From a virus: 64,000 nt of DNA. The notes under the pieces were generated by a model. It saw nothing but the letters and a program-made list of their open reading frames with translations, did not search any database and was not told where the DNA came from. Made by a program: the position numbers and the translations under genes. This document shows positions 40,000-49,025 of the stretch, one piece after another. Every line of letters starts with the position of its first letter. Position 1 is the first letter of the stretch. The DNA lies in IMG/VR virus record IMGVR_UViG_3300044695_005756, positions 30,519-94,518 of that record; one strand, written 5' to 3'.

Positions 40000-42645
40000 A
40001 TGAATCCATTAGTATCGGTAGGTTTAAGCTTTAAATCAATACAAGCCAATATTGTAAAGATTGTAAAGTTAAAAGATCAAGAAAAACTTCAAAAAAAGTT
40101 TGATGAGGTACGCGCACGACAGCAATCTTATAAGGCTCGCTATCAACAAAAAACATCACCTAAAATTTCACGCGAAAGTTTAAAAGACTCTTCTCAAAGT
40201 TTTATGTCAATGCTGTCGGGCATGGGAAATTTATTGAAAGTTCTTTTTGCTCTTGTTGGTATTGCTGGAATATTTGCGATTCTAAAAAAATCAAAATTAG
40301 GTAACTATGTTCTTGAGTTTATTCAAAGTTCACTCACATCAATTATAGACTTAATTAAAAAATCATTCAGATTTATTCGTGACGTTTTTTCAGACTCCAG
40401 AGTTAAATTATCACTTTTTAATTTTATTGTTTCTTTCCTTAGATTTATTGGAACTTTAGTTGTCGCAGCAGCTTCATTAGCAATTAGTCTTTTGCGTGAT
40501 AGTGAAATTATCAATACAATCAAAACTACCATCGTTGCAGTATTTGTTGCAATATTGGACGGAATAAAAGCGACTTATAGTATCATATCAAAACTTGTAA
40601 TGGATAATTGGGACACGCTGAAGCAAGTCACATATGATATTTTCATTGAAATCAAAAATGCTCTTTTACTTGCATTGAAAACTGCTGGAACAATAGTTTC
40701 TGGTGGAATGGATCCTAGAATAACAGATGGTCTCAAAGAAATTTTTGTTGAAGCATGGCGATTCATAGTGGCATTATTCACAACAGAGTTTCAAGATCCT
40801 GATACAGGTAAAAAATTTACGTTACTGAAAGAAGGTGGTTTATGGGTAGCTGAAATGGCAGGTTTGGCTGCAGCGTGGATGATATTTGGCGCATGGATGA
40901 AAGAGAAAGGTAAAGCACTTTCAGGAATGAGTCTTTTAGATTTAAAAGAAGCTTGTTCTTCATGCATGGACATTCCTGATATAGACAAAGATAAAACAGG
41001 AAAGAAAAAACCAAAAGATATACCATCAAAAGGCAAAACTCCTGACAAAATTCCTCAAAAAGAAAAAGGTGTTATTGACAAAGTTACGGACTATACTAAA
41101 GAAACCTATCAAAAAGGAAAAGAATACGTAGGTAAAAAAATAACACAGGCTCGTAACGCGGTCGGTCAAGTTGTAGAATACGTTAGTGAAAAAGCCGCAC
41201 GAATAGGTGCAAAACTTGATGCTGGCTTTAAAGCACTCAAGACAAGAGTTAAAGTTGTTGCAGAAGCTTTGTATAAACCTTTAGTCGCAATGGTAAATAG
41301 TGATAAAATTAAAAGACTTCTGTTTACTGCTTTCGAAAAAAGATTTAAATCAGCAGCACTCGGCAGACTTAAAGTTTTTATTGTAGCACAGTTAGCAGGA
41401 CTTACAGCAGCAGCGGGATCAGGTGGTCTTGGCTTAGTCATCAATTTGTTATCCGCTGGTTTAGCAGCGTATGATTTATATTGTTTGTATGATCTATTGT
41501 TTGTATCTTCTGATGGTGAAAACGAAGATGGTGGTTTTTATCCTGTAATAAAAACTGAAGTTGAAAAGTGGTGGAAAGATCAAACAACACCATCTAAAGC
41601 AAGTGCTGGTCCAAAAATGCCTGAGTCTCAACCTGTAACTCAACAAGCACCATCAGCACCAACACCAGTTTCAGCTCCTAAAGTCAAAACACAACAATCC
41701 GCATCTGGAGTTATAGATTACTCAGCAGCACCAAAGCCTGAAACTTCATTTAAACAAGTATCAGCGCCTGTTGCTGCGACGGCTGCTACAACGGCAGCGG
41801 CATCAACTGCGCCATGTCAATGTCCTCCAACAATGGATACAGTAACTTCACCGCAAGACTTTCCTGCAAATTGGACTTCTGAAGTAGGAGTTGTTCCTGC
41901 TGGCATGTCAATGGAAAAACGTCAAGTTGGTGGACTTGGATATGGAGGTCAAAGAAAAAAAACAGACGGTGTAATTATACACCATACCGGTGGTAGCAGC
42001 ATTGACGTAGCAATTAGAACTCTACAAAACAGAAAACTCTCTTATCATTATTTGGTTGATAGAAACGGAAAAGTAGTTCAAATTTTACCAGATAATCTAG
42101 TCGGTTGGCATGCTGGAGACACAAACAAAAAACCAGCGTTTAATAACTATAATACCATAAGTATTTCAATGGTAGCAAAAGATGATAAAGATGTTACACC
42201 AGAACAAGTGGCAGCAGCAGCATCACTTGAAGCAATGCTTGCGAAAAAATATGGTTTTTCCAAAACAAATGCATTCGGACATGGTGAAGTGGCGTCATCT
42301 AAACAACCTACAGAAGGATTTACCATCGCAAATGCAATTCGTTCTGGTTCAGTAGGTCAAAAACTTCAAAATTTTGCAGATCAAACCATAGAAGAAGTGA
42401 AGCCTACAATTTCATCTGCGGCACAAACAGTCACACAAAAATCAGGAGAAGTATTAGATAGTGCATCTGGTATGGTAAGATCAGGACTTAGAACGCTTGA
42501 AGACATGTTCTTATCAAATCGTCCATCATTTACTGACTTATCAACAACAGTAATTCAAAATAACACGATTAGTAAACCTGGCGGTAATATGAAAGATAAA
42601 GAATCTCAGTCTTTTGAATTTTTAATAGCCCGCCAACTCAATTAA
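40000..42645 (+). CDS. Tape-measure-like protein with C-terminal N-acetylmuramoyl-L-alanine amidase (Amidase_2) domain
   Basis: Helical N-terminal half similar to the upstream gene; IIHHTGG, SYHYLVDRNG, WHAG and GHGE amidase motifs. Confidence 0.7.
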   Translation: MNPLVSVGLSFKSIQANIVKIVKLKDQEKLQKKFDEVRARQQSYKARYQQKTSPKISRESLKDSSQSFMSMLSGMGNLLKVLFALVGIAGIFAILKKSKLGNYVLEFIQSSLTSIIDLIKKSFRFIRDVFSDSRVKLSLFNFIVSFLRFIGTLVVAAASLAISLLRDSEIINTIKTTIVAVFVAILDGIKATYSIISKLVMDNWDTLKQVTYDIFIEIKNALLLALKTAGTIVSGGMDPRITDGLKEIFVEAWRFIVALFTTEFQDPDTGKKFTLLKEGGLWVAEMAGLAAAWMIFGAWMKEKGKALSGMSLLDLKEACSSCMDIPDIDKDKTGKKKPKDIPSKGKTPDKIPQKEKGVIDKVTDYTKETYQKGKEYVGKKITQARNAVGQVVEYVSEKAARIGAKLDAGFKALKTRVKVVAEALYKPLVAMVNSDKIKRLLFTAFEKRFKSAALGRLKVFIVAQLAGLTAAAGSGGLGLVINLLSAGLAAYDLYCLYDLLFVSSDGENEDGGFYPVIKTEVEKWWKDQTTPSKASAGPKMPESQPVTQQAPSAPTPVSAPKVKTQQSASGVIDYSAAPKPETSFKQVSAPVAATAATTAAASTAPCQCPPTMDTVTSPQDFPANWTSEVGVVPAGMSMEKRQVGGLGYGGQRKKTDGVIIHHTGGSSIDVAIRTLQNRKLSYHYLVDRNGKVVQILPDNLVGWHAGDTNKKPAFNNYNTISISMVAKDDKDVTPEQVAAAASLEAMLAKKYGFSKTNAFGHGEVASSKQPTEGFTIANAIRSGSVGQKLQNFADQTIEEVKPTISSAAQTVTQKSGEVLDSASGMVRSGLRTLEDMFLSNRPSFTDLSTTVIQNNTISKPGGNMKDKESQSFEFLIARQLN

Positions 42646-42672
42646 AAAAAAAAACGCCACCCGAAGGTGGCG
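42644..42672 (-). terminator. Rho-independent terminator downstream of gp32 (C-UUCG-G tetraloop)
   Basis: Stem CGCCACC/GGTGGCG with a TTCG loop on the minus strand, followed by an 11-nt U tract. Confidence 0.85.
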
Positions 42673-42699
42673 CCGCAGTTGATTAAGATAAAGGAAGGT

Positions 42700-43560
42700 T
42701 TAATCTTCTGCTAGAGACTTGAAATAATCCAATTCTTCATCTTCAATATCTGGTGAAGAACGTGGTGTGAAGTCTTCTGCTTTGCCTTTTGACACAGGCA
42801 CAGCACCATCAAGACCAAGCACTTTGTCAAGTTTTGCTTTCAACACTTCATATGGTTTGAAGTGTTTTGGATCAAGAAACTCTTTAAGAGAATATTCTTT
42901 TTTCCAGAGTGCTTCAAGTTTTGCGTCATCACCGCCAAACAATGCAGAAGGCGATTCAAACTCAGATTTATCATAATTACGATAACCTTCAACTTGACGA
43001 ATCTTGATTTTGAAGTTTGCACCTTCCCAAAAATCAAAAGGATTCATTGCCTTTTCATCTTCAAACTCTGGATCCATTGCTTCAGTCAACTTGTCAAAGA
43101 TTTTCTTACCAAACTTATACAGTTTGATTTGACCTTCGTTTTCTGGATTCTTTGGATCAGAAATGATCAACACATTTGAAATGTATGTGAGTCTACGTTT
43201 CTGCTTACGCGCAATTTCTTTGTTTGCTTCAATACCAGAATTCCACAACACAGAATTATATTCTGAAACTGGATCTTTTTGACCGAGTGTAGTCAAAGAG
43301 TTTTCAATGTACCAACCACCAGGACCTTGAAAGCCATGATTGAAGACACGTGCCCATGGAAGAGCATCATCACCATCTACTGCTGGTGCTGGTAGAAATC
43401 GAATGATTGCCATTCCGTTACCAGCTTTATCTACTTCGGGTTGCCAAAAACGATCATCGTCTTTAGAACCTTCGTTTGTGGGGGTATTGATTGATTCAAT
43501 CGCTTTAGTAAGTTTTTCAAACGAATTGCGATTGCTTTTAAGACTAGAAAAGTCCGTCAT
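42700..43560 (-). CDS. gp32: Single-stranded DNA-binding protein gp32
   Basis: DDRFWQP..DKAGNG.AIIRFLP, GGWYIENSLTT, NPFDFWEGANF, acidic YFKSLAED tail. Confidence 0.96.
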   Translation of the reverse strand: MTDFSSLKSNRNSFEKLTKAIESINTPTNEGSKDDDRFWQPEVDKAGNGMAIIRFLPAPAVDGDDALPWARVFNHGFQGPGGWYIENSLTTLGQKDPVSEYNSVLWNSGIEANKEIARKQKRRLTYISNVLIISDPKNPENEGQIKLYKFGKKIFDKLTEAMDPEFEDEKAMNPFDFWEGANFKIKIRQVEGYRNYDKSEFESPSALFGGDDAKLEALWKKEYSLKEFLDPKHFKPYEVLKAKLDKVLGLDGAVPVSKGKAEDFTPRSSPDIEDEELDYFKSLAED

Positions 43561-43584
43561 GTTTTACCTCGTATAGTTAGTGTG

Positions 43585-44127
43585 TTAAAAAATATGTACA
43601 TCTTGTCCACTTGATTCATTATATACTTGTATATATGTATCGTCAAGAACAGACTGCACGACTTTTATCGTTTTTGCCGTTTCTTTGTGAAGAATACCTA
43701 CACCACCTGCCATATTAAAATCGTCAATAACATCATTAGTGTCATCAATGAGTATAATATCAGACTTGGCATAGTTTGCTTTCAAATGACGACCAGGTAC
43801 GATATTAGCTTTAAAGTCGATGTAATGTCTTTTCAGCCAAACCTTTTTTTGCCGCTTCACTTCTTCATGATGTAGTCTACCGCCAGAAGATGAAAGAATT
43901 TCTACAGGTATATCAAGTGAAATGATATACTTTAACAACTCTTTACCACCTGGATACCAGTCAAGTGTTTCAAAATTTCTTCCCTCAACAAATGTATTCC
44001 AATTATCATCATGTTTTTCACCACGTTCTCGACTACTTGCTGCGTTTTGTTTAAAAACTTCTTTGTATCTTTTGTTGAAGTCTGACAAAACTCCATCCAT
44101 GTCTAGGTAGATTTTAGTTATTCGCAT
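43585..44127 (-). CDS. HAD-family 5'(3')-deoxyribonucleotidase-like protein
   Basis: IYLDMDGVLSDF, ILSS and ILIDD motifs. Confidence 0.8.
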   Translation of the reverse strand: MRITKIYLDMDGVLSDFNKRYKEVFKQNAASSRERGEKHDDNWNTFVEGRNFETLDWYPGGKELLKYIISLDIPVEILSSSGGRLHHEEVKRQKKVWLKRHYIDFKANIVPGRHLKANYAKSDIILIDDTNDVIDDFNMAGGVGILHKETAKTIKVVQSVLDDTYIQVYNESSGQDVHIF

Positions 44128-44713
44128 CGTATTCTTTCTTGAGTATTAGTTTATATTTCGTCGGTTCGAATTGTATGAACGGTGTATATTTTTTTATTTT
44201 TCTACTGACATTCGGATAGTGAATTGTGTCATTAATTTTCTTGTCCCATGAAGAAATAAAATTGAGTATTTTATTAAGTATGCATACAGTTTCAAGCGAA
44301 ATTTCATCATGTAGCAATTTCTGAAGTAAATCAGGATATTCGCCATCATGTATCATAAATGCTGCATTAGCGTCTTTATGACTTATTAATGATGCAATTT
44401 CGTTGGTAAAAGTATACGTCAATGATTGAATCACTTTTTGTCGTTTACGATACTCAATATCAGCATCGTTTGTGAGTAGGTGTCCTATCCAAACATCTGA
44501 ATCATGAACCAAATTAGCAACAATATAATCGCGCCCTTGATCATCATTTGTGAATCTCCTGCTTAGTTTGTAGAAGTGCCATTTATCTTTTCGATTCTCA
44601 AACGCATCAATACTGGTACTTACTTTACCATGATACTTAAAGTAATCGTAAGAATCTGAATTAAAGTGGAGCTTGAGAGAAGTATATAAACAAAATGCCT
44701 CATACCCGGTCAT
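44114..44713 (-). CDS. gp59: Helicase loader gp59
   Basis: LYTSLKLHF...YDYFKY.GK, RKDK..F.KL, ISLET motifs; between gp33 and gp32. Confidence 0.9.
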   Translation of the reverse strand: MTGYEAFCLYTSLKLHFNSDSYDYFKYHGKVSTSIDAFENRKDKWHFYKLSRRFTNDDQGRDYIVANLVHDSDVWIGHLLTNDADIEYRKRQKVIQSLTYTFTNEIASLISHKDANAAFMIHDGEYPDLLQKLLHDEISLETVCILNKILNFISSWDKKINDTIHYPNVSRKIKKYTPFIQFEPTKYKLILKKEYDANN

Positions 44714-44934
44714 ATCGGTAAACGATTGCCTTTCACTTTTAACATATTTAATCTTTCTGCTTGCTCATGAATCTTCGATTTAAGATTTGGTGTAATGAGT
44801 GAAGCAGCAACTTCTAATTCAAGTCCAGTTTCTTTGCAATGTTCAGTAATAGCTTCAAGATATGTGTAATCAGTATTAGCCACCAACTGCTCTATTTGCA
44901 GAGAAAACTGGAGCATTTCGTCTTTAGTAGGCAT
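44710..44934 (-). CDS. gp33: Late transcription coactivator gp33
   Basis: IEQLV...YLEAI..HC...LI..LKSKI..AERLNMLK...LPI; synteny. Confidence 0.88.
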   Translation of the reverse strand: MPTKDEMLQFSLQIEQLVANTDYTYLEAITEHCKETGLELEVAASLITPNLKSKIHEQAERLNMLKVKGNRLPI

Positions 44935-45245
44935 TATTTTTCAGACGGATGAACTACAGGTGAGTACACAGCATCTCCAGTTTTTCTTTCAGAAAATGGC
45001 CAGTTGTTATTTGGTATATTCGAAAAGTCAAACTTGGTATCGACTGTAGGTCTTTCAAACTCATCCCATGGTGGTGTAACTTCAAGTTGTCCATCAACAA
45101 TGTATCCACAACCTTGTAGAAATTCTTTAAATCGATCTAAAATATCTCCAAGAAACACTTCATTGCAACCCATCTCTAAAGTTCGTTCGCCATCATTTGA
45201 ATCAAATCGAAATGTAAAATTGTGTTTATCTTCTTCAAAGTGCAT
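44934..45245 (-). CDS. Hypothetical protein
   Basis: RBS GGAG upstream; FKEFLQGCGY motif common in small T4-like ORFs. Confidence 0.6.
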   Translation of the reverse strand: MHFEEDKHNFTFRFDSNDGERTLEMGCNEVFLGDILDRFKEFLQGCGYIVDGQLEVTPPWDEFERPTVDTKFDFSNIPNNNWPFSERKTGDAVYSPVVHPSEK

Positions 45246-45260
45246 AATATAGTTCTCCGT

Positions 45261-45512
45261 TTATTTACGATTTGCTGCGTGTGCAATACAAACGATATCA
45301 TCACTCTTGGCATAAGAACACCGTACTGCAAGTGGATCAATGCCTTTTGCGATTGCGTTTTCAATATTCGCTGCCATTAATTTACGGTCATTCAAACCAT
45401 ATAAACATGTCGCAGCAACGATTGAAAGTAGAACCAAAGTTACAGAAACTGTGGTCACACTACTCAATCCTTTTTCCATCATCTTCTCCTTTTTGCTTGA
45501 TAAAATACTCAT
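45261..45512 (-). CDS. Small membrane protein (GIDPLAVRC motif)
   Basis: One hydrophobic helix; coupled to the SleB gene. Confidence 0.6.
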   Translation of the reverse strand: MSILSSKKEKMMEKGLSSVTTVSVTLVLLSIVAATCLYGLNDRKLMAANIENAIAKGIDPLAVRCSYAKSDDIVCIAHAANRK

Positions 45513-46060
45513 GAATTTCTTCTTACCTTATTGTAAAATAAATGTCTGCCTATTTGTGCAGTATAACGCATATTATTCCAACCAGGCTTCACATAATTTG
45601 CATGAAAGAACAATGCTCCTTTTGTTGGATCTCTGAAAGATTCTGGATACAAATAAAATCTCAAAGCCATCTCAGTTATCTTATTATATACTGCATTGTT
45701 CTCAATTGTCAACAATCCTCTATCAATCATTGCCTTCGCTCTACTCTCACAATACCATGAGAATTGACAAACATAACCTTCTCTTTGTTTGACTACACCA
45801 CAATAGCTTCCTGGAAATGAACCAGACAATGCTCTATTGTGTGTGACAAATGCTACTGCTAGTTGACCCTTTTCAGGTTCACCTCCTGCTTCAAAATACA
45901 TGTTTTGTGCAAGACATTCAACTTCAGCCCTAGCCATTGGAGCTAAATCTTCCAGTTGAACATGTGGCACAATTGGTATGTTTACTTGTGCTGCCGCATG
46001 GCTTATATAAACTATAAATGCTGCAAAGATACTACAAAGTAATAGTGTGATGTAACGCAT
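45509..46060 (-). CDS. Cell wall hydrolase, SleB/Hydrolase_2 family, with N-terminal signal/TM segment
   Basis: CLAQNMYFEA.GE, CQFSWYC, GALFFHA.YV.PGW, IGRHLFY motifs. Confidence 0.9.
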   Translation of the reverse strand: MRYITLLLCSIFAAFIVYISHAAAQVNIPIVPHVQLEDLAPMARAEVECLAQNMYFEAGGEPEKGQLAVAFVTHNRALSGSFPGSYCGVVKQREGYVCQFSWYCESRAKAMIDRGLLTIENNAVYNKITEMALRFYLYPESFRDPTKGALFFHANYVKPGWNNMRYTAQIGRHLFYNKVRRNS

Positions 46061-46079
46061 ATTTCTCCTTGTTAGTTAG

Positions 46080-46099
46080 AGAGATGCCGAAGCATCTCT
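46080..46099 (-). promoter_or_regulatory. UUCG-tetraloop hairpin between genes (stabiliser or weak terminator)
   Basis: AGAGATGC-TTCG-GCATCTCT; no U tract. Confidence 0.55.
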
Positions 46100-46106
46100 G
46101 TTCCCG

Positions 46107-46379
46107 TCAGGCAGTTTTTTTGCTTTGTGTTTTTTCTGCTGTGATATTGGAAACGAATCCGTTTAAGGCAGCTGCCTTAGTGATGATATCGTTTTCTGTG
46201 GGATAAGTTGGAAAGGCTGGATGTTCAGGTATTACTTGTCCGTTTAGTTTAGCAGACTCTACCTTTACGTGCCATTCATTTGATAGGCGATCTTTGCTGG
46301 AAGAATACTCTTCCAATAAAAGTTCTTTCGCCATTTTTAGAAGTTCAAGACGAATCTCGAACGGTGTCAGATTACTCAT
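46107..46379 (-). CDS. Conserved T4-like hypothetical protein (PFEIRLELLKMAK family)
   Basis: Strong RBS; motif seen in many T4-like phages. Confidence 0.7.
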   Translation of the reverse strand: MSNLTPFEIRLELLKMAKELLLEEYSSSKDRLSNEWHVKVESAKLNGQVIPEHPAFPTYPTENDIITKAAALNGFVSNITAEKTQSKKTA

Positions 46380-46446
46380 GTGTTTCTCCTGTGTTGTGTG
46401 TGTTTACTGGCGAGTGTGTGTGGTGCCAGTAATCTTATTTAGTCAT

Positions 46447-46620
46447 TTATAACTTTGTAGCCCGCGTTTCACGACATAATTTCCTCATCTCTGGCGTAAA
46501 GTCTGGAGATATCTCAGACAATCCACAATTGATGTATGTACCTTTTGGTTGTGGTACAAATACAATCAAGAACATGAATAGAAGAACGGCTCCACCAATC
46601 AACAAAAATGATTTGTTCAT
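46447..46620 (-). CDS. Small membrane protein
   Basis: MNKSFLLIGGAVLLFMFLIVF hydrophobic helix plus CGLSEISPDF; start directly after the upstream stop. Confidence 0.55.
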   Translation of the reverse strand: MNKSFLLIGGAVLLFMFLIVFVPQPKGTYINCGLSEISPDFTPEMRKLCRETRATKL

Positions 46621-46621
46621 A

Positions 46622-47344
46622 TCAATCCCAAAGTCCTCTGTAGTATTTACCAAATAAACGAAAACCGTTATCCATACGATCATAAACTTTTTTCATGCCA
46701 TCGTAATCACATTCGTATGTGTGATTTGGTCCGTGTTCAAATGTGTAGAGTATTGGTTTACCATCTGCATCCCATTCACACGGCACAGAATGTGTATCAA
46801 TATTACCCGAACGATATGCTTCTTCCCACGAATCGTCAATGAGGTGTTCAAATGCAAAAATCATTTCATTCAACACCCATTCCCAACGACGATGTGTGAT
46901 GTCCCAAGATTTTTTTTGAAATTCTTCATCATCTTCAAACTTCAATTCAAGTTGGGAAGAACAATCGTCATAACCACTAATACGTAGTTCTTCTGGCACA
47001 TCTTCTGTATCAACTAGTGGTGAACCGTGTTTAGTATCACGCAACTGTTTCAACATCGGCAAAACGATCATACCTAATGTGTGATCCATTGACCATGTGT
47101 CATACTTGTCAATGCGTATTTTGATTTTGCGCTTCTTGTACTCTTCAATCTTTTGGCAAACTTTAGTCAACCAAGAGTCGTTACCGTTTCGATCTTCTGC
47201 AAGCCATGTACCAAAGTCGTGAACCCAATCAGGCTTTCGTGAAAAGCCACACTCATCGGGTACTTTCTTTGCCCAGAAGCAAAGTAAGTCTGCTAATTGA
47301 TAGGGACCGAACCAGTTTGTATAAGGACCAATGTTTACTTTCAT
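46622..47344 (-). CDS. Conserved hypothetical phage protein
   Basis: True start MKVNIGPY at 47344; DTWSMDHTL..I.LPMLKQL and GFRLFGKYYRGLWD motifs. Confidence 0.75.
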   Translation of the reverse strand: MKVNIGPYTNWFGPYQLADLLCFWAKKVPDECGFSRKPDWVHDFGTWLAEDRNGNDSWLTKVCQKIEEYKKRKIKIRIDKYDTWSMDHTLGMIVLPMLKQLRDTKHGSPLVDTEDVPEELRISGYDDCSSQLELKFEDDEEFQKKSWDITHRRWEWVLNEMIFAFEHLIDDSWEEAYRSGNIDTHSVPCEWDADGKPILYTFEHGPNHTYECDYDGMKKVYDRMDNGFRLFGKYYRGLWD

Positions 47345-47349
47345 AATGT

Positions 47350-47660
47350 ATCTCTGAATTTGGTGTAGGGTGTTTTGGTAATAAGGTACACCCCACTTAA
47401 ACCCCATGAGAGTTACGCTGCTAGGCGTTCTTCTCCGTAAAATGCATCGTTTGCATTTGTAGATTTGCTTGATTTACAGTCATCGCCTACTGTGTTGCCT
47501 TCTCCGCTATCTCACCCTGTCGAAGCCATGTCATCCCCATCAAAAGTATTCTCACGGTTTATCTTTCCGTTCCCAACTCCATGGACAAGAATACTTTTGG
47601 TGGAGATGCCGGGGATCGAACCCGGGTCCAGAATGCCTTCACTTTGAAGGAGTTACAACA
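47350..47660 (-). ncRNA. ssrA: Circularly permuted two-piece tmRNA
   Basis: Acceptor piece ends GGAC-CCGGG-TTCGATC-CCCGG-CATCTCC-A-CCA (CCA at 47600-47598). An intervening hairpin follows, then the coding piece starting GGGGATG...TTCGAC at 47538 (G3.U70 Ala identity pair) and the tag ORF GCA..TAA 47454-47413 = ANDAFYGEERLAA*. Outer ends are approximate. Confidence 0.9.
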
Positions 47661-47809
47661 ATTCCGTCTTCTTGCATTATTGCATCAAATTCATTTTTTC
47701 TTGCTGCATACCAACCCCATGCACCAAAGAATGTTGTGCCTGGATTAGAACCACATTCTTTCAAGTATGCTTCAAATCTTTCGTAATAATCTTGTTCACT
47801 AATTTGCAT
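47639..47809 (-). CDS. Small hypothetical protein (56 aa, MQISEQDYYERFEAYLK...)
   Basis: Starts 2 nt after the upstream stop; below the ORF-track cutoff; its 3' end abuts the tmRNA acceptor piece. Confidence 0.4.
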   Translation of the reverse strand: MQISEQDYYERFEAYLKECGSNPGTTFFGAWGWYAARKNEFDAIMQEDGIVVTPSK

Positions 47810-47811
47810 AA

Positions 47812-48342
47812 TTACTCTGTCGTAAATCTTGCAGAACCTTTGCTCGTTCTACCGGGCTTCAACGGCTTGTCAGACTTCGGTTTTGTTTCTGTTTGAAATG
47901 GTACATGTGACTTATTGAAAGCCATTTTACCTACATTCTCCGTCTTGCCATGTCCTGGGAATCCCGTTTTGTTTGTTCCGTGCAGGGTCGCCGTTTTTCC
48001 ATCATGATGTAAGATTGAGTCTTGATTATAATGTTCTCCATGTTTTTTAACATCATGGAGGAGTTGTTTTCCGTGTTCTTCACCTTTGCCTTTGGCATGT
48101 ACAAGTATTGATTTTTCTTTTCCACCTTCCCAATGTCCTTCTACTTCTTTATGTGTATAACCTTGTGAGGTCAGTTTCTTTTTTAGTTCTTCGTGATGCT
48201 TTTTATTTTGTTCTGGCGACACTTCATCATGTGGTCGCTGTGAAGAAAGAATTGCATAATGACGACCTTCTTCCGCATGTTTAGCCAATCTTGCTAATGG
48301 ATTGCCTTCATCTAGTTGTGTATGTTGTTTGAATGATAGCAT
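47812..48342 (-). CDS. His-rich protein with a T4 internal-protein-like N-terminal capsid-targeting sequence
   Basis: MLSFKQHTQLDE N-terminus, 18 His in 176 aa, GGAGG RBS, late promoter at 48365-48371. Confidence 0.55.
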   Translation of the reverse strand: MLSFKQHTQLDEGNPLARLAKHAEEGRHYAILSSQRPHDEVSPEQNKKHHEELKKKLTSQGYTHKEVEGHWEGGKEKSILVHAKGKGEEHGKQLLHDVKKHGEHYNQDSILHHDGKTATLHGTNKTGFPGHGKTENVGKMAFNKSHVPFQTETKPKSDKPLKPGRTSKGSARFTTE

Positions 48343-48357
48343 AGTGCCTCCGACGTG

Positions 48358-49023
48358 TCAAGCATATTTATCAATCATCTCAATTAGAGGCTGTCTATAA
48401 TCATGAATCTGACGCTCAAACACTTGCGCTGGACCTTCTTCAGTCGCAATCAGCACCACAATATCGTCAATCCACATACCAGTTCGTTCAGAAAACATCA
48501 GAGCATATGCTGTACATTGCATAAAGTAATTCTGAATATTCTCTTCCAATTTCTGCTTCGTCGATGTTTTAAAATCGATGACGGCTAACTTACCATTCCA
48601 TTCTGCAATCAAGTCCACTCGACCAGCAATTCGTAACTTGTCTGAATATAATGCCTGCTCTTGTGAATAAACTTTACCTACATTCTCATCTATGATTGGC
48701 TTAATCTTGAAAAACAGTTCTTTCAGATCAGGCATCATCATTTGCATCTTTAGTTCTGGTATTTCATTGTTAATGTAATCCTCACAAATTTTATGTACTT
48801 TGGTACCACGATTCGATGCTTTGCGTGAGATTTCATTCGCACGTTCCTCACCCACAGCTTGACGCCATTCGTAAATAGCTTGTTTGCCGTAGTTTGAAAG
48901 AACAGTAGTGATAGACTTGTATCTATTACCTTCTGGTGTAGTATACAGTCTACCACTATCAGTAGTTTCTGCTTTTAAGTCAAATTGTAATTGCGGTAAG
49001 CTTACATGTTCAAATATTCGCAT
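48358..49023 (-). CDS. PD-(D/E)XK exonuclease (Cas4/RecB-like) conserved in T4-like phages
   Basis: SITTVLS, RGTKVH, AGRVDLI, IDFKTS, YFMQ.TAY motifs. Confidence 0.88.
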   Translation of the reverse strand: MRIFEHVSLPQLQFDLKAETTDSGRLYTTPEGNRYKSITTVLSNYGKQAIYEWRQAVGEERANEISRKASNRGTKVHKICEDYINNEIPELKMQMMMPDLKELFFKIKPIIDENVGKVYSQEQALYSDKLRIAGRVDLIAEWNGKLAVIDFKTSTKQKLEENIQNYFMQCTAYALMFSERTGMWIDDIVVLIATEEGPAQVFERQIHDYRQPLIEMIDKYA

Positions 49024-49025
49024 TG

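Noticed and set aside
47345-47407. N-terminal extension of ORF 46622..47407
   Set aside because: It overlaps the tmRNA coding piece; the credible start is MKVNIG at 47344.
47598-47630. Standalone tRNA fragment or attP site
   Set aside because: It pairs with the downstream GGGGATG and a tag ORF, so it is better explained as the tmRNA acceptor piece; no integrase is seen.
47540-47680. Glutamine (glnA) riboswitch in or beside the tmRNA
   Set aside because: GACGGAA and GAAGG fragments are present, but I could not find the CGUUCA/GAACG closing stem; an Infernal search would be needed.
48358-49023. Cas4 as part of a CRISPR system
   Set aside because: No array or other cas genes; it matches the standalone exonuclease common in T4-like phages.
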